DNA of 64,000 bases from Hyaloraphidium curvatum SAG 235-1 (lineage: Eukaryota > Fungi > Monoblepharomycota): the NCBI GenBank assembly GCA_025558095.1, contig JAIVFI010000006.1:806001-870000 (forward strand), in the 5' to 3' direction. This document shows, piece by piece, positions 54,587 through 64,000 of the stretch. A program made the position numbers and the translations under genes. The notes under the pieces were generated by a model. That model was not told the origin of the DNA, searched no databases, and saw only the letters and a list, made by a program, of their open reading frames with translations. The number at the start of each line of letters is the position of its first letter. Position 1 is the stretch's first letter.

Positions 54587-56885
54587 CTAATGCGTATGCG
54601 ACTTCTCGGCCTCCGGCGGCGCGCTCCTCGGCGACGGATCCGCCGCGACCGGCGACGGCTCCGTCATCACTGGGGACCCCAGCTGCAGCCCCGACGCCAT
54701 CGACCCCGACGACATCGACCGCCCCACCACGATCCCAGATCCGCCGTACGACCCCGCCCGGTTCACCGCCAGGAAATCCGGGTGGAGCCCCCTCGCCTCC
54801 TCCGCCGCGATGACCGCATGCCCGTGCGGCACCGCGATCTCGATCCCGTCCACCCGCACGATCGACGCCGGCTTCCTCCCGCGCACCCGCGGGCTGAGGT
54901 TCCCCGACGCCCCGCGCATGCCGTCGATCGCCCCCGACGGCGCGCGGAGGCTCCCCGACGCCATCCGCGCGACGTCCGGGGACAGCGAGAACGAAATGGC
55001 GCCGCTGGCCACCCGCGACAGGTCCCCGCTGGCCATCCCCGTTGGATCGGCGGCGGAAAGCGCGCTCGCGGCACGCAGCAGGGCTTCCCGCCGGGCGAGA
55101 TCCTCCATCTCCTCCCTCGCCTTGGCCAGGTCCTCGTCCAGGCTCCTCCGGTCCATCTGCTCCCTCTCCCCCTCCCCTGCCTCGCCCTCGGCCCGCTCAT
55201 CCCCAATCACGTGGATCTTGAGCGCGCGGAACACCCTGTCCGTCGTGCTGATGACGAAATCGTGCGCCTTCCTCCTGAAGCTCCCGGGCTTGCCGATGTC
55301 GATCTGGCCCGCGAGGTACTCCCCCGTCGCCTCCAGCTTCTCCCTCCCGTAGGCGGACTTTTCGAGCTGCGTCCGCACCGAGTACCTTTTCCCGACGTAG
55401 TACGCCATCAGCCAGAGGTTCGCGACGAGGAGCAGCGCAATGAGCAGGCCGCAGGCCAACCAGAGCCACTCGAACGTGCCCTCGGGGAGCTGCACGAGGA
55501 TGGCGATGTTGAAGAGGATCCAGAAAGGGAGGATAAAGCGGCGGCAGAACATGTCCAGCTCGTGGGCTGCGGGGCCGCGTGAGCGGGGCAGGGCCGGCAG
55601 GGGCGCGGGGATCGACCCACCGACGATGTGGTTGTTCTCCCGCTGGACGAGGTGGTGGATGATGGCGACCTCGAGGAGGGAGAAGAAGGCGACGATGAAG
55701 GAGATGAAGACGTACCAGTCGACTTGGGTCTGCGGCGCGGGTGAGCACAGGCTTGGACCTCGAACCGGACGCACGTACCGCATAGTTGACGAGAGGCAAG
55801 CCCGCCGTCACGGAGTTGTAGAAGCTGATGATGGTGAGCACGAGCGTGATGCACAGCCCCAGCCGCTCGGGCACGGCCTCGACGCTGAACCAGTAGCTGA
55901 CGGCGGTCAGGGCGACGAGCAGCCCCAGCGGGAGGAAGCTCTTGAGGTAGTACGATCCCGTCTTGCGAGACATGCGGATGTCGAAGAGGAGCATCTCGAA
56001 CGCCGGCACACCCTCGCGCGCCTCGTAGCGGATCTTGTCCGTGGTGTACGAGAGGTAGTCCCACGTGACGGACGAGAACATGGCCGCGTTGATGCGCGGG
56101 AACACGGGCTCGGACCGCCACTCGAGCGCGAGCTCGAGTTCATTGTAGCTGTAGCTCGTCACGGGCAGCTGCAGCGTCTGCGAGTCGAAGGGAAACTGCG
56201 CCAGCTCGAACTGGTTCCGCAGCTCGACGCGGAACTGCCGCGACCAGAATATGTCGCCCGTGTAGGGGGTCAGCTTGACGACCTCGTTGAGCATCTCGCC
56301 GCCGACTTCGGTGCCGAAGTAGATGTCCGGGGACCAGATGTCGTGCGTGGGGCCCTGTCCGTTGCCCAGGCTCGTCGAGCCCTGGTAGCGCCAGTCCGAG
56401 CCATTGGAGGGCGGGATGTCCTCCTGGGTCACGCGCAGCCGGGGGTCGTTCCAGTACAGGCGGAGGAACACGTCGATGTTGAAGGTCGAGGCGACGGGGT
56501 CTATAGAGTAGAGGCGATTGACGCGCAGCTGGGCCCGCACCAGCACGGGCGGGCCGAGGAATCCGGGCCGCGTCATTGCGTCGTACCCGGTGCCCTCGCC
56601 CACGGTGTTGGAGACCAGGACTTGGGTCGCATTGTCCGCGGAGAACCCTTCGAAGAGCCGCGGCGCGAGCCGGCGGCCGTCCGCGGCATCCCCGCAGTTT
56701 TGAGGCTCCGGCCGGGTCGGGTCGATCGCCGTCACTTTCAGAGAGCGTGGCCGGTGGCCCCTGGAGCCCGGCTGGCCGGCCAGCAGCGGGGCGGAAGTGG
56801 CCGACCGGGCAGCGTCCCCGGGCGTCCCCAGCGCCGCCAGCACCGCGAGCAGCAGCGCGGCCGCGGCGGTGGCGAGTCCGCGCAT
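54587..56885 (-). CDS. Cys-less (Pro-loop) pentameric ligand-gated ion channel subunit A (introns 55730-55778, 55567-55620)
   Basis: Signal peptide; YWNDPRL, IWSPDIYF, FPFDSQTL, SYSY; M1 YYLKSFLP, M2 PERLGLCITLVLT, LPLVNY-A-TQVDWY M3, M4, an extra TM and a long tail. Confidence 0.9.
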
Positions 56886-57089
56886 CGTCCTCAACAGAGT
56901 ATTATGTTTTCCGGGCGGGAGACGGCGGCAGTCAGGTGTCGGCCGCGGGCTCCAAGGTGCGTCACGCCCGCCATCCCGAAATCAGGGACGCGCAATGGCA
57001 TCCTCCGTCGACGCCTCCGAGCACCTGCGGTCCCGCATCTGAGCTTTCTGAGTTCCCGCTGAGTGACTGCCCACCGGCCGGCGCCCGGA

Positions 57090-58687
57090 ATGGTGTCGCG
57101 GCAGTGTCTCCCGGCCGCGGGTTTCCTTGCCGCCCTCGCCCTTCTCGGGGTGGCGGTTCTGCCCCGCCCCGTCTCCGCGGTCGTGGACGGGTGGGCGGCC
57201 GAGAATGCTACGGCACGCATCTTCGCGGACATCGCCGGGGCCGGCTACGACGCCCGCACCCGACCTGGGTTCTCGCGCGCACCGACAAACATCTCGGCGC
57301 AGTTCAGGCTCAACAGCCTGTTTGCCGTGGACCCCGTGGCGACCAGCTTCACCCTGGACGTCGGGCTGCTGCTGCAGTGGACCGACCCGCGGCTGCTCCT
57401 CGACGTGCCGGGCTCGTACCCGCTCCCGCCGACGCAGGACATCCGCGTGGTGGGCTCCGTGGACCTGGGCAACGGCCATGGACCCCCGCACTTTGTCTGG
57501 ACCCCGGACGTCTACTTCGAGAACCAGATCTCCCGCACCGTGCTCTCGGAGATCGCCAAGTTCAACCCCGCCACGGGCGGCGTGCTCCTCCGCCGGCACT
57601 TCCTCGTCGAGCTCAAGGGCGACTTTGACTTCCACTCGTACCCGTTCGACAGGCAGTGGCTGCCCGTGTGGCTCACGCCGTGGTCGTACAACTCGGACGA
57701 GGTCACGATGTACTGGGCGCCCAGCCCAGTGTGGCCGGTGGTCAACGGATCGACGTTCAAGCACACCGTCTGGGACTTTGAGACCTACACCATCGAGCGC
57801 GAGGTGTTCTACTCGCGGGAAAACCTGCCCCCGTACGACCGGCTCAAGATGAACATCCTCATCTCGCGGCGGTCGACTTCCTACATCATCAAGGTCATCC
57901 TGCCCATCATCCTGCTCGTCTCCCTGACGGCGGTCAACTTCTGGCTGTCCGTCGACGCCGTCACGGACCGGCTCGCGCTCGTCATCACCCTCATCCTCAC
58001 CATCGTGTCCTTCTACAACTCGGTCTCGCAGGAGCTGCCCTTGGTCAACTACCCCGTGGGTCCCGACGCGCTTTACCCAGATACTGCGCTCACCCGGCCC
58101 CGTTCCAGACGACGGTCGACTACTACGTCGTCGCCGCCTTCCTGGTCGTCTTCCTCTCCCTCATCGAGGTCGCCACCGTGCACCACCACGTGCAGCGCGA
58201 GGGCGACGTCGTCCTCGCCACCGAGCTCGACTACTTCTCCCGCAGGACGATGCTCCCCGTGTGGGCCGCGTTCCAGCTCGTCCTCGTGCAGACGGGGCAG
58301 TGGCTCGGGATTTTGACTGGGGTGATCATCTTTTCGATCATCATATTCAATGCATGGATCATGAAGTACCGCATCGTGCGGCGTCGCCAGCCCCGGGGCG
58401 GGGGCGGCCCGCCACCGTGGCCCGCGTGGGTTGAGCGTCTGGGCAAGGCGACGGATGCGGGGTACGCGTTCTTGGGGATGAAGCCGCCCGTGAGCGACGA
58501 GGAGAGCGCGGTGCGGGTGCTGCGGGAGCAGGCGGACGCGATCAGGGTGCGGGTGGAGGAGGCGGAGAGGAGGGCGGCGGGGTGGGATGGGTTGGATGCG
58601 GTGAGGGTGGACGATGCGGGGTGGGTGTCTGGTGCGGAAGGGGAAGGTGGCGGTCGAGACCGGGGGCTGTGGGACGAGAAGGGGTAG
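57090..58687 (+). CDS. Cys-less (Pro-loop) pentameric ligand-gated ion channel subunit B (intron 58056-58108)
   Basis: Signal peptide; YDARTRP, WTDPRL, VWTPDVYFEN, YPFDRQ, WSY; M1 YIIKVILP, M2 TDRLALVITLILT, LPLVNY-P-TTVDYY M3, M4 and an extra TM. Confidence 0.9.
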
Positions 58688-58855
58688 ATGCGGGGGGTGA
58701 TTGTCGCATCCATTCCGCTGCACCGAATAGCCACGGCGTTGACTTCGAGCCTCGGATGTTTTCGGGCGAGCAGCACCTGGAAAGCAAGCGGAGATTCGAG
58801 CACGCTTCGGGCTGTTGGGCCGCGCGTGCCGATGCGCGCAGCCGTCCGCGCAAAC

Positions 58856-59809
58856 ATGCTCTCCCGCATTCCCCCTCGCACCGTCGTCTGCACCGTTTTC
58901 GACCCGTTCGCCTCCTCTCCGCGCGATGCGATGCCCGAACGCCGCACCGTGCGGCTGCCGCCCCCGCCTTCGCCTTCCTTGGCCCCCGCCGACGCGCCGA
59001 GTGAATCCTCACCCCGAACGTTTCTGGCCTACTTCCCGGGCTTCATGTCGCTCCGCAACTCCGTCAAACCCGAATTCCTGCTCTCGAAGTGCCGCGAGCT
59101 CACCGCGATGGGACGCCCTTTGGGCTTCTTCGCGCCGGACTGGTCCGGCACCGGCGACTCCGCCTGCGCAGCAACCGCCTCCCACCACGACCACCCACCC
59201 TTGGACTTCAAGGACTGCGGCATCGACACCTGGCTCTCCGACGCCGTCAGCACCCTCCTCTCCGCCCTCCGCCCGTCCCCCTCTTCACCCGCGGACGTGT
59301 TCCTCGCCGGCGCCAGCATGGGCGCCTGGCTCGCCCCCCTGACCGCCGCCGAGCTGCGCAGTACCCCCGGATTGAACATCAGGGGGTTGATGCTGCTCTG
59401 CCCGGGGTTCGATTTCGCTTCGCTGCTGTTCCGCGGGGACCCGGCCGTCGGCGCCGCCAGGAGGGCCGAGCTGGACGAGAAGGGCAAGTTCGTGGTGCCG
59501 AGCGAGTACCAGCCGGGTGGGTACGTGATCAGCAGGCGGCTTGTGGAGTCGGCGGAGGAGCTGGCGCTGCTGGACGGATCGGACTACGCGGCGGGGGTGC
59601 GCGAGGCGGTGAGGGGGATCCCGGTTTCGGTGCTCTACGCCAAGGACGACCAGAACGTGCCGCCGGAGCACATGGCGAGGGCCGCGGCGTGGTTCGATGC
59701 GGGGGATGTGAGGGAGGTGGTGGCGCTGGAGGAGGGAGGGCACAGGCTGAGCGGGGAGGGGGAGCTGCAAGTGATCTGGGAGTGCTTTGGGAGGCTTGCC
59801 TCGCTGTAG
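58856..59809 (+). CDS. Alpha/beta hydrolase, ABHD10-like
   Basis: FPGFMS, DWSGTGDS, GASMG nucleophile, DQNVP, GGHRLS. The start could instead be 58931. Confidence 0.82.
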   Translation: MLSRIPPRTVVCTVFDPFASSPRDAMPERRTVRLPPPPSPSLAPADAPSESSPRTFLAYFPGFMSLRNSVKPEFLLSKCRELTAMGRPLGFFAPDWSGTGDSACAATASHHDHPPLDFKDCGIDTWLSDAVSTLLSALRPSPSSPADVFLAGASMGAWLAPLTAAELRSTPGLNIRGLMLLCPGFDFASLLFRGDPAVGAARRAELDEKGKFVVPSEYQPGGYVISRRLVESAEELALLDGSDYAAGVREAVRGIPVSVLYAKDDQNVPPEHMARAAAWFDAGDVREVVALEEGGHRLSGEGELQVIWECFGRLASL

Positions 59810-59887
59810 TCATGCGGCGGGGAACGATTCAATACTTCCATAGCAACGATATTCCCAAACAGTATCCGAAATCCAGCCCGAATCGGC

Positions 59888-62096
59888 TCACAAGTTATCT
59901 AAGATCCCCTTCAGCTCGTCTGCGACGTCCCCGAACGACGGCCTCGTAGCGGCATCCATCGCCCAGCACCTCTGCATCAGCGCCCACGTGGCATCCGGGG
60001 TCCCGCGCGGCCGCGGGGGCCTGAAAGGAGGGTCGTTTTGCAGCCGCGCACCGAGCGCCTGAAGGTCAATTTGCCGCAGGGCGGGAATCCACATCCCCTC
60101 GTCCTGGATCTCGTCCCAGAGGGGGATGTCGCCCTCGGAAAGGAGCTCCCACATGGTCATTGCGAAGGCGTACACGTCCGTGGCTGTACCCGGTTTCGCC
60201 CGGGCGGAGAACACTGTGCAGCGAAGCACGCAGGTCAGCAGACGCTAGAGTCCCTACGCGTGCATGGGGACAGACTTTCTGGCGCCATATAGTTCGGCGT
60301 TCCCCCACCGCGGTCCGTGGACTGCAGCGCCGCGGTCGTCCGTATCTTGGACATGCCGAAGTCGGAGACCTTGGCGACGCCGTTCGCGTCCACGAGGATG
60401 TTGCCGCCCTTGAGGTCCAGATGCAGGATCGGCGTCGGCCTCGAATGGAGGTGGTTCATCCCGAGCGCGACCTGAAAGAGGAGGTGGTGCACCACGCGTG
60501 GCTCGTATGCCTTTGGCCGCAGCTTGTCGAGGTAATCCGTGGCGGTGCCACCGGCCATGAAAAGCGTGACGAGGCAAAGGGGCTCGCGGCACCATCCCAT
60601 GAGGGGCAAAACTGTGCGTGAGGCGCGGTGGTTCAATCTAGGATGGTTGCAAACGAGCAACAGCCGATCTCACCGTTCTCGTGGTACGGCAGCCGGGACC
60701 ACAGCTCCATCTCCTGCTCGAGCCCCGCGATGGCATTTTCGAGCTGCCTGCCCTTGAGGTTCGAGCCGCGGATCATCTTGATCGCGACCTTGGTATACTT
60801 CTGGTACGTCCCTTCGATCACCGTGCCGAAGCCGCCCTGGCCGAGATAGCGCCCCTGCTCGAGGTGCTTGCCTTCGATTTCGTAGCTGCTCTTGGAGCTT
60901 CGTTGCTTGTCTGCGGGAGGGGAAGGCTCCGTCCGGGATCGCGGCGCGATAGCGGGGTCGTACACGCTGTCCCCGCGCGCCTGCTTGGCCATCTCCTGTG
61001 CCTCGGCGATTTTGCGCTCGGCTTCCTGCTCCCGCAATTTGACCTCTTCCAGGCGTTGTGCGAGCTCGGCCTCGCGCTCCCGGGCCTGCCGATCCCGGGC
61101 TTCGTTCTCGAGCTGCTGCTGCTTCCGGAGGGCTTCCGCCTCGCCGGCTTCCCGCTGTCGTTGCCGCGTGGCCTGCTGTTCGGCTTCGATGATCCTCCGC
61201 CGCACGGCCTCTGCGGCCCGTTGCCGCTCCGACTCCCGCAAACGCTCCGCCTCCCGCAAACGCTCGACCTCCAGTAGTAGCTCGGCCTCCCGCGCTCGCT
61301 CCGCGTCTCCGCGGCGCTCGGCCTCGAGTTCCCTCTGCTTCTGCAGTGCCCTTTCCTTCCTTCCCGGATCTTTGAGGGTATCCTTGATTTGTTCGAGCAG
61401 GATAAAGGAGACTTGGTTGTCCGTAGCAAAGGCAAGGGGGTGGGTTTCTCCAGGAAACTTCAGGTCGAGATTGGTCAGGAAAGGATTGAGTTCGACCGCG
61501 GAAAGGAGGGCACGGGCGCCCTCGTCCCCGATCGAGTTGTTCCACAGCTGCAGCTCCCTCAGCACAGTGTTCCACTTCAGCATCTCGGCGAGCGCGCGGG
61601 CGCCGTCGTCCCCGATGGAGTTGCGGTGCAGGTCCAGGTTGGTCAGCGCCAAGTTGGCCTTCAGTGCCTCTGCTAGCGCGCGGGCTCCCTCGTTCCCGAT
61701 GTGGTTGTTGCTCAGGTCCAGAGTGTCCAGCGCCGAGTTCCCCTTCAGCGCCTCGGCCAGCGCGCGAACACCGTCGTCGCCAATGGAATTGTTTCGCAGC
61801 TTCAGTGCTGTAATTGACGCGTGCTCTTTCAGCGCCTCCGCAAGCGCGATGGCCTCCATGTCGCCGAGGGACTCTCCGCAGGCGCTGAAGTCCCACCCCA
61901 GCCCCGCGAGCCATGGGGACCGGTACTTCGCATGGCCCGCGAGCCGTGCGCGCCAGTACTCCGCATCGCCCTTTGTCGGCTCGGCGGCCCCTAGCGCCGG
62001 CGGTGGGGGGGAGGGTTGCGCAGAGGCCTGCTGCGGGGGCGGCCGCGCATCGCTGTCCTCCTTCCCCCCCCCGCCGATGCCGAAGAGCTTCTTCAT
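59888..62096 (-). CDS. RI-type LRR + coiled-coil + TKL-type protein kinase (multi-exon)
   Basis: 28-aa LRRs (LxLxxNxIGDxGARALAEAL), E/R/Q coiled coil, GQGGFG, VAIK, HLDLKGGN, DFG, GTPNYMAPE, DVYAF. Confidence 0.9.
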
Positions 62097-62455
62097 CGCG
62101 CCACCCTCGCCGACCCGCGGCGCTCCGCAGAGGCCCGCGAGGTAGCGTGGGTTGACTGACTGACTGACAACGGGGCAAGGGATTCGCTCGCCCCGCCAAG
62201 CTCGTTCCGACGCCGCCCTCCTCCCCGCCGCCGGTCTGCCCGGAGCGCGAGGGATTGGTTCCGTGCCTGTGACGGACAGCGGGGGACGGCCGGACGGATA
62301 TCAACGCCGTCCTTCCCGAGCCGTGCACCCCAACGGGAGACAGTCGGCGCCTTGCGGCCACATCAAACCCCACTCCTCGGCGTCTGAGCTCCATCCAACG
62401 CGCCCTCCCCGCGCCCCACTCTTCATTCTCTCCCCGCCGCTGCCGGCCCACCGCG

Positions 62456-62749
62456 ATGCCCAACCTCGTGCTCCTCGTGGAGCTCGAAATCGCCCCTGGC
62501 AACGAATCCGCCTGCACTGCCGCGATGCTCAAGAACGCCGCCGCCAGCCGCGAGGAACCGGGCTGCCTGCAATTCGACGTCCTCGTGGACCCCGAGAACG
62601 TGCGCAAGGTGCGGTTCTACGAGGTCTACAAGGACGCCGACGCGCTGGGGGAGCACCAGAAGACGGAGCACTTCAAGGAGTGGTTGGAGAAGGGGGTGCC
62701 GCTGTTGGCGTCGAGGCAGAGGACCACGTGGACTAGGATCGCTCCGTGA
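62456..62749 (+). CDS. ABM-domain (LsrG/YgiN-like) small protein, intronless
   Basis: SREEPGCLQFDVL, FYEVYKD, EHQKTEHFKEW. Confidence 0.85.
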   Translation: MPNLVLLVELEIAPGNESACTAAMLKNAAASREEPGCLQFDVLVDPENVRKVRFYEVYKDADALGEHQKTEHFKEWLEKGVPLLASRQRTTWTRIAP

Positions 62750-62959
62750 TGACGGTAGTGGGGGGAACGGACGCGTTTCGGGCATTGGGGGACAGTCGCG
62801 TCCCGATTTGCCGATTTGGACGCGCTACCGGGCTGCCGTGACCAATGAGCCAGTTAGGAAAGGGGAGCGGACGCTCTGGGACAACCTGGAGTGGGACTAG
62901 ACGACGAGCTATTGAGCCGGCCTCACGACCGTGCTATGTACATCAGATTCCTTCTTGGC

Positions 62960-64000
62960 TCAATCCGACACGTCGAACATGACCTTGAGCACCCCCTTCC
63001 CCTGCGGATCCTCCCCCTTCTCGCACCACTGGTACCCCTCCTGCGCCTGCCCCATCCCAATATGGTGCGACGCCAGCGGCTTCAGGTTGACGGTGCCGTC
63101 GGTGATCATGCGGAGCGCGGTGGGGTAGTCCGGGCCGTAGAACCACGACTGGCCGCACGGAGCGAGCTTCAGATTGTGCCATGCTCCGGCAAGAGCGGTC
63201 AACCCACCCCTCGGATCTCGAGCTCTCGGGGCAGCAGCTGCCACAGGTTCAACTTGACGTGCACCGTCGCGATCCCGACCATCTGCACCACCCCACCCTC
63301 CTTGACCGCCAGGCACCCCGTCTCGAGCGTCGCCTCGTGCCCTGCCGCGTCCACGACCACGTCGATCTCCTCCCCCGCGAACGCCTCCTTAGCCTTCTCC
63401 GCGGCCTGCTTCGGGTCCAGCCCCGCGACGTCCACCGCCGCATCGGCGCCGAACGCCTTCACCGCCTCGAGCCTCTTGGCCTTGACGTCCGCCACTACCA
63501 CCCTCCCCGCGCCCTCGCCCTTGGCCGCGATCAGCGCCAGCTGCCCGATCGGCCCGGCGCCGAGCACCAGCACGCGATCGCCCTTCTTCACCTTCGCGCG
63601 GCGCACGGCGTGCAGCGAGATGGCGAACGGCTCGCACATCGCGGCCTCCTCGAACGTCACGTGGTCCGCGAGCTTGTGGCACTTGTCGGCGCGGTGCACG
63701 TGGTATTCGGCCAGCATAGTCAGGCCCTCGTACTTGCCCGACTTGTGCGTGGGTTCCAGAGCGACGCGGTCGCCGACCTTGAGGTTCGTCACGCCGGGGC
63801 CGAGCTCCGCTACGACCCCGCTGCCTTCGTGGCCCAAAATAAGTGGGTCCTTGGATTCGGTGCCGGGGGCGGCGCCTTCCCAGTGCGAGGCAAACATGTG
63901 CACGTCGCTGGGGAGGTGGAGCGCATGAGTGGACGATAATGGAGCCCATTGCCGAAACACTGAAGCCAGGAACGGCCTGACACAAGTTTCCGGCGCTGGA
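62960..64000 (-). CDS. Zn-dependent polyol/sorbitol dehydrogenase-like MDR (5' end probably beyond the window)
   Basis: SDVH, ILGHEGSG, GDRVALEP, AAMCEP, VLGAGPIG, C-terminal VLKVM. Introns near 63145-63200 and 63910 onward. Confidence 0.85.

Overview
Gene-dense, very GC-rich eukaryotic DNA with many short (mostly ~50-90 nt) GT-AG introns carrying CTGAC/CTCAC-type branch sites. A Zn(II)2Cys6 transcription factor marks it as fungal. The high GC, pLGIC genes and apparent selenocysteine use point to an early-diverging (zoosporic, possibly Monoblepharidomycete-like) fungus; that assignment is inference. About 36 genes can be built, and most long ORFs in the supplied track are antisense or off-frame shadows. 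Highlights: (1) a small two-exon gene at 6447-6781 that the ORF track misses because codon 3 is TGA, followed 24 nt after its TAG by a canonical type-II SECIS hairpin, i.e. a candidate new selenoprotein (MAULIIDACAWVYAK...) that fits no family I recognise; (2) a head-to-head pair of Cys-less pentameric ligand-gated ion channel subunits (54587-58687), each with an apparent fifth TM helix and a shared intron; (3) a ~12 kb, mostly intronless glycan cluster (GalE, O-FucT-GT8 fusion, GT32, PL7 lyase, beta-helix DUF4955-like enzyme, GT-B-like protein); (4) a signal-peptide-bearing protein kinase; (5) two CorA/Alr1 paralogs, one with GMN changed to SVN; (6) several intronless, bacterial-looking enzymes. 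All family calls come from motif recognition by eye; no database search was run.
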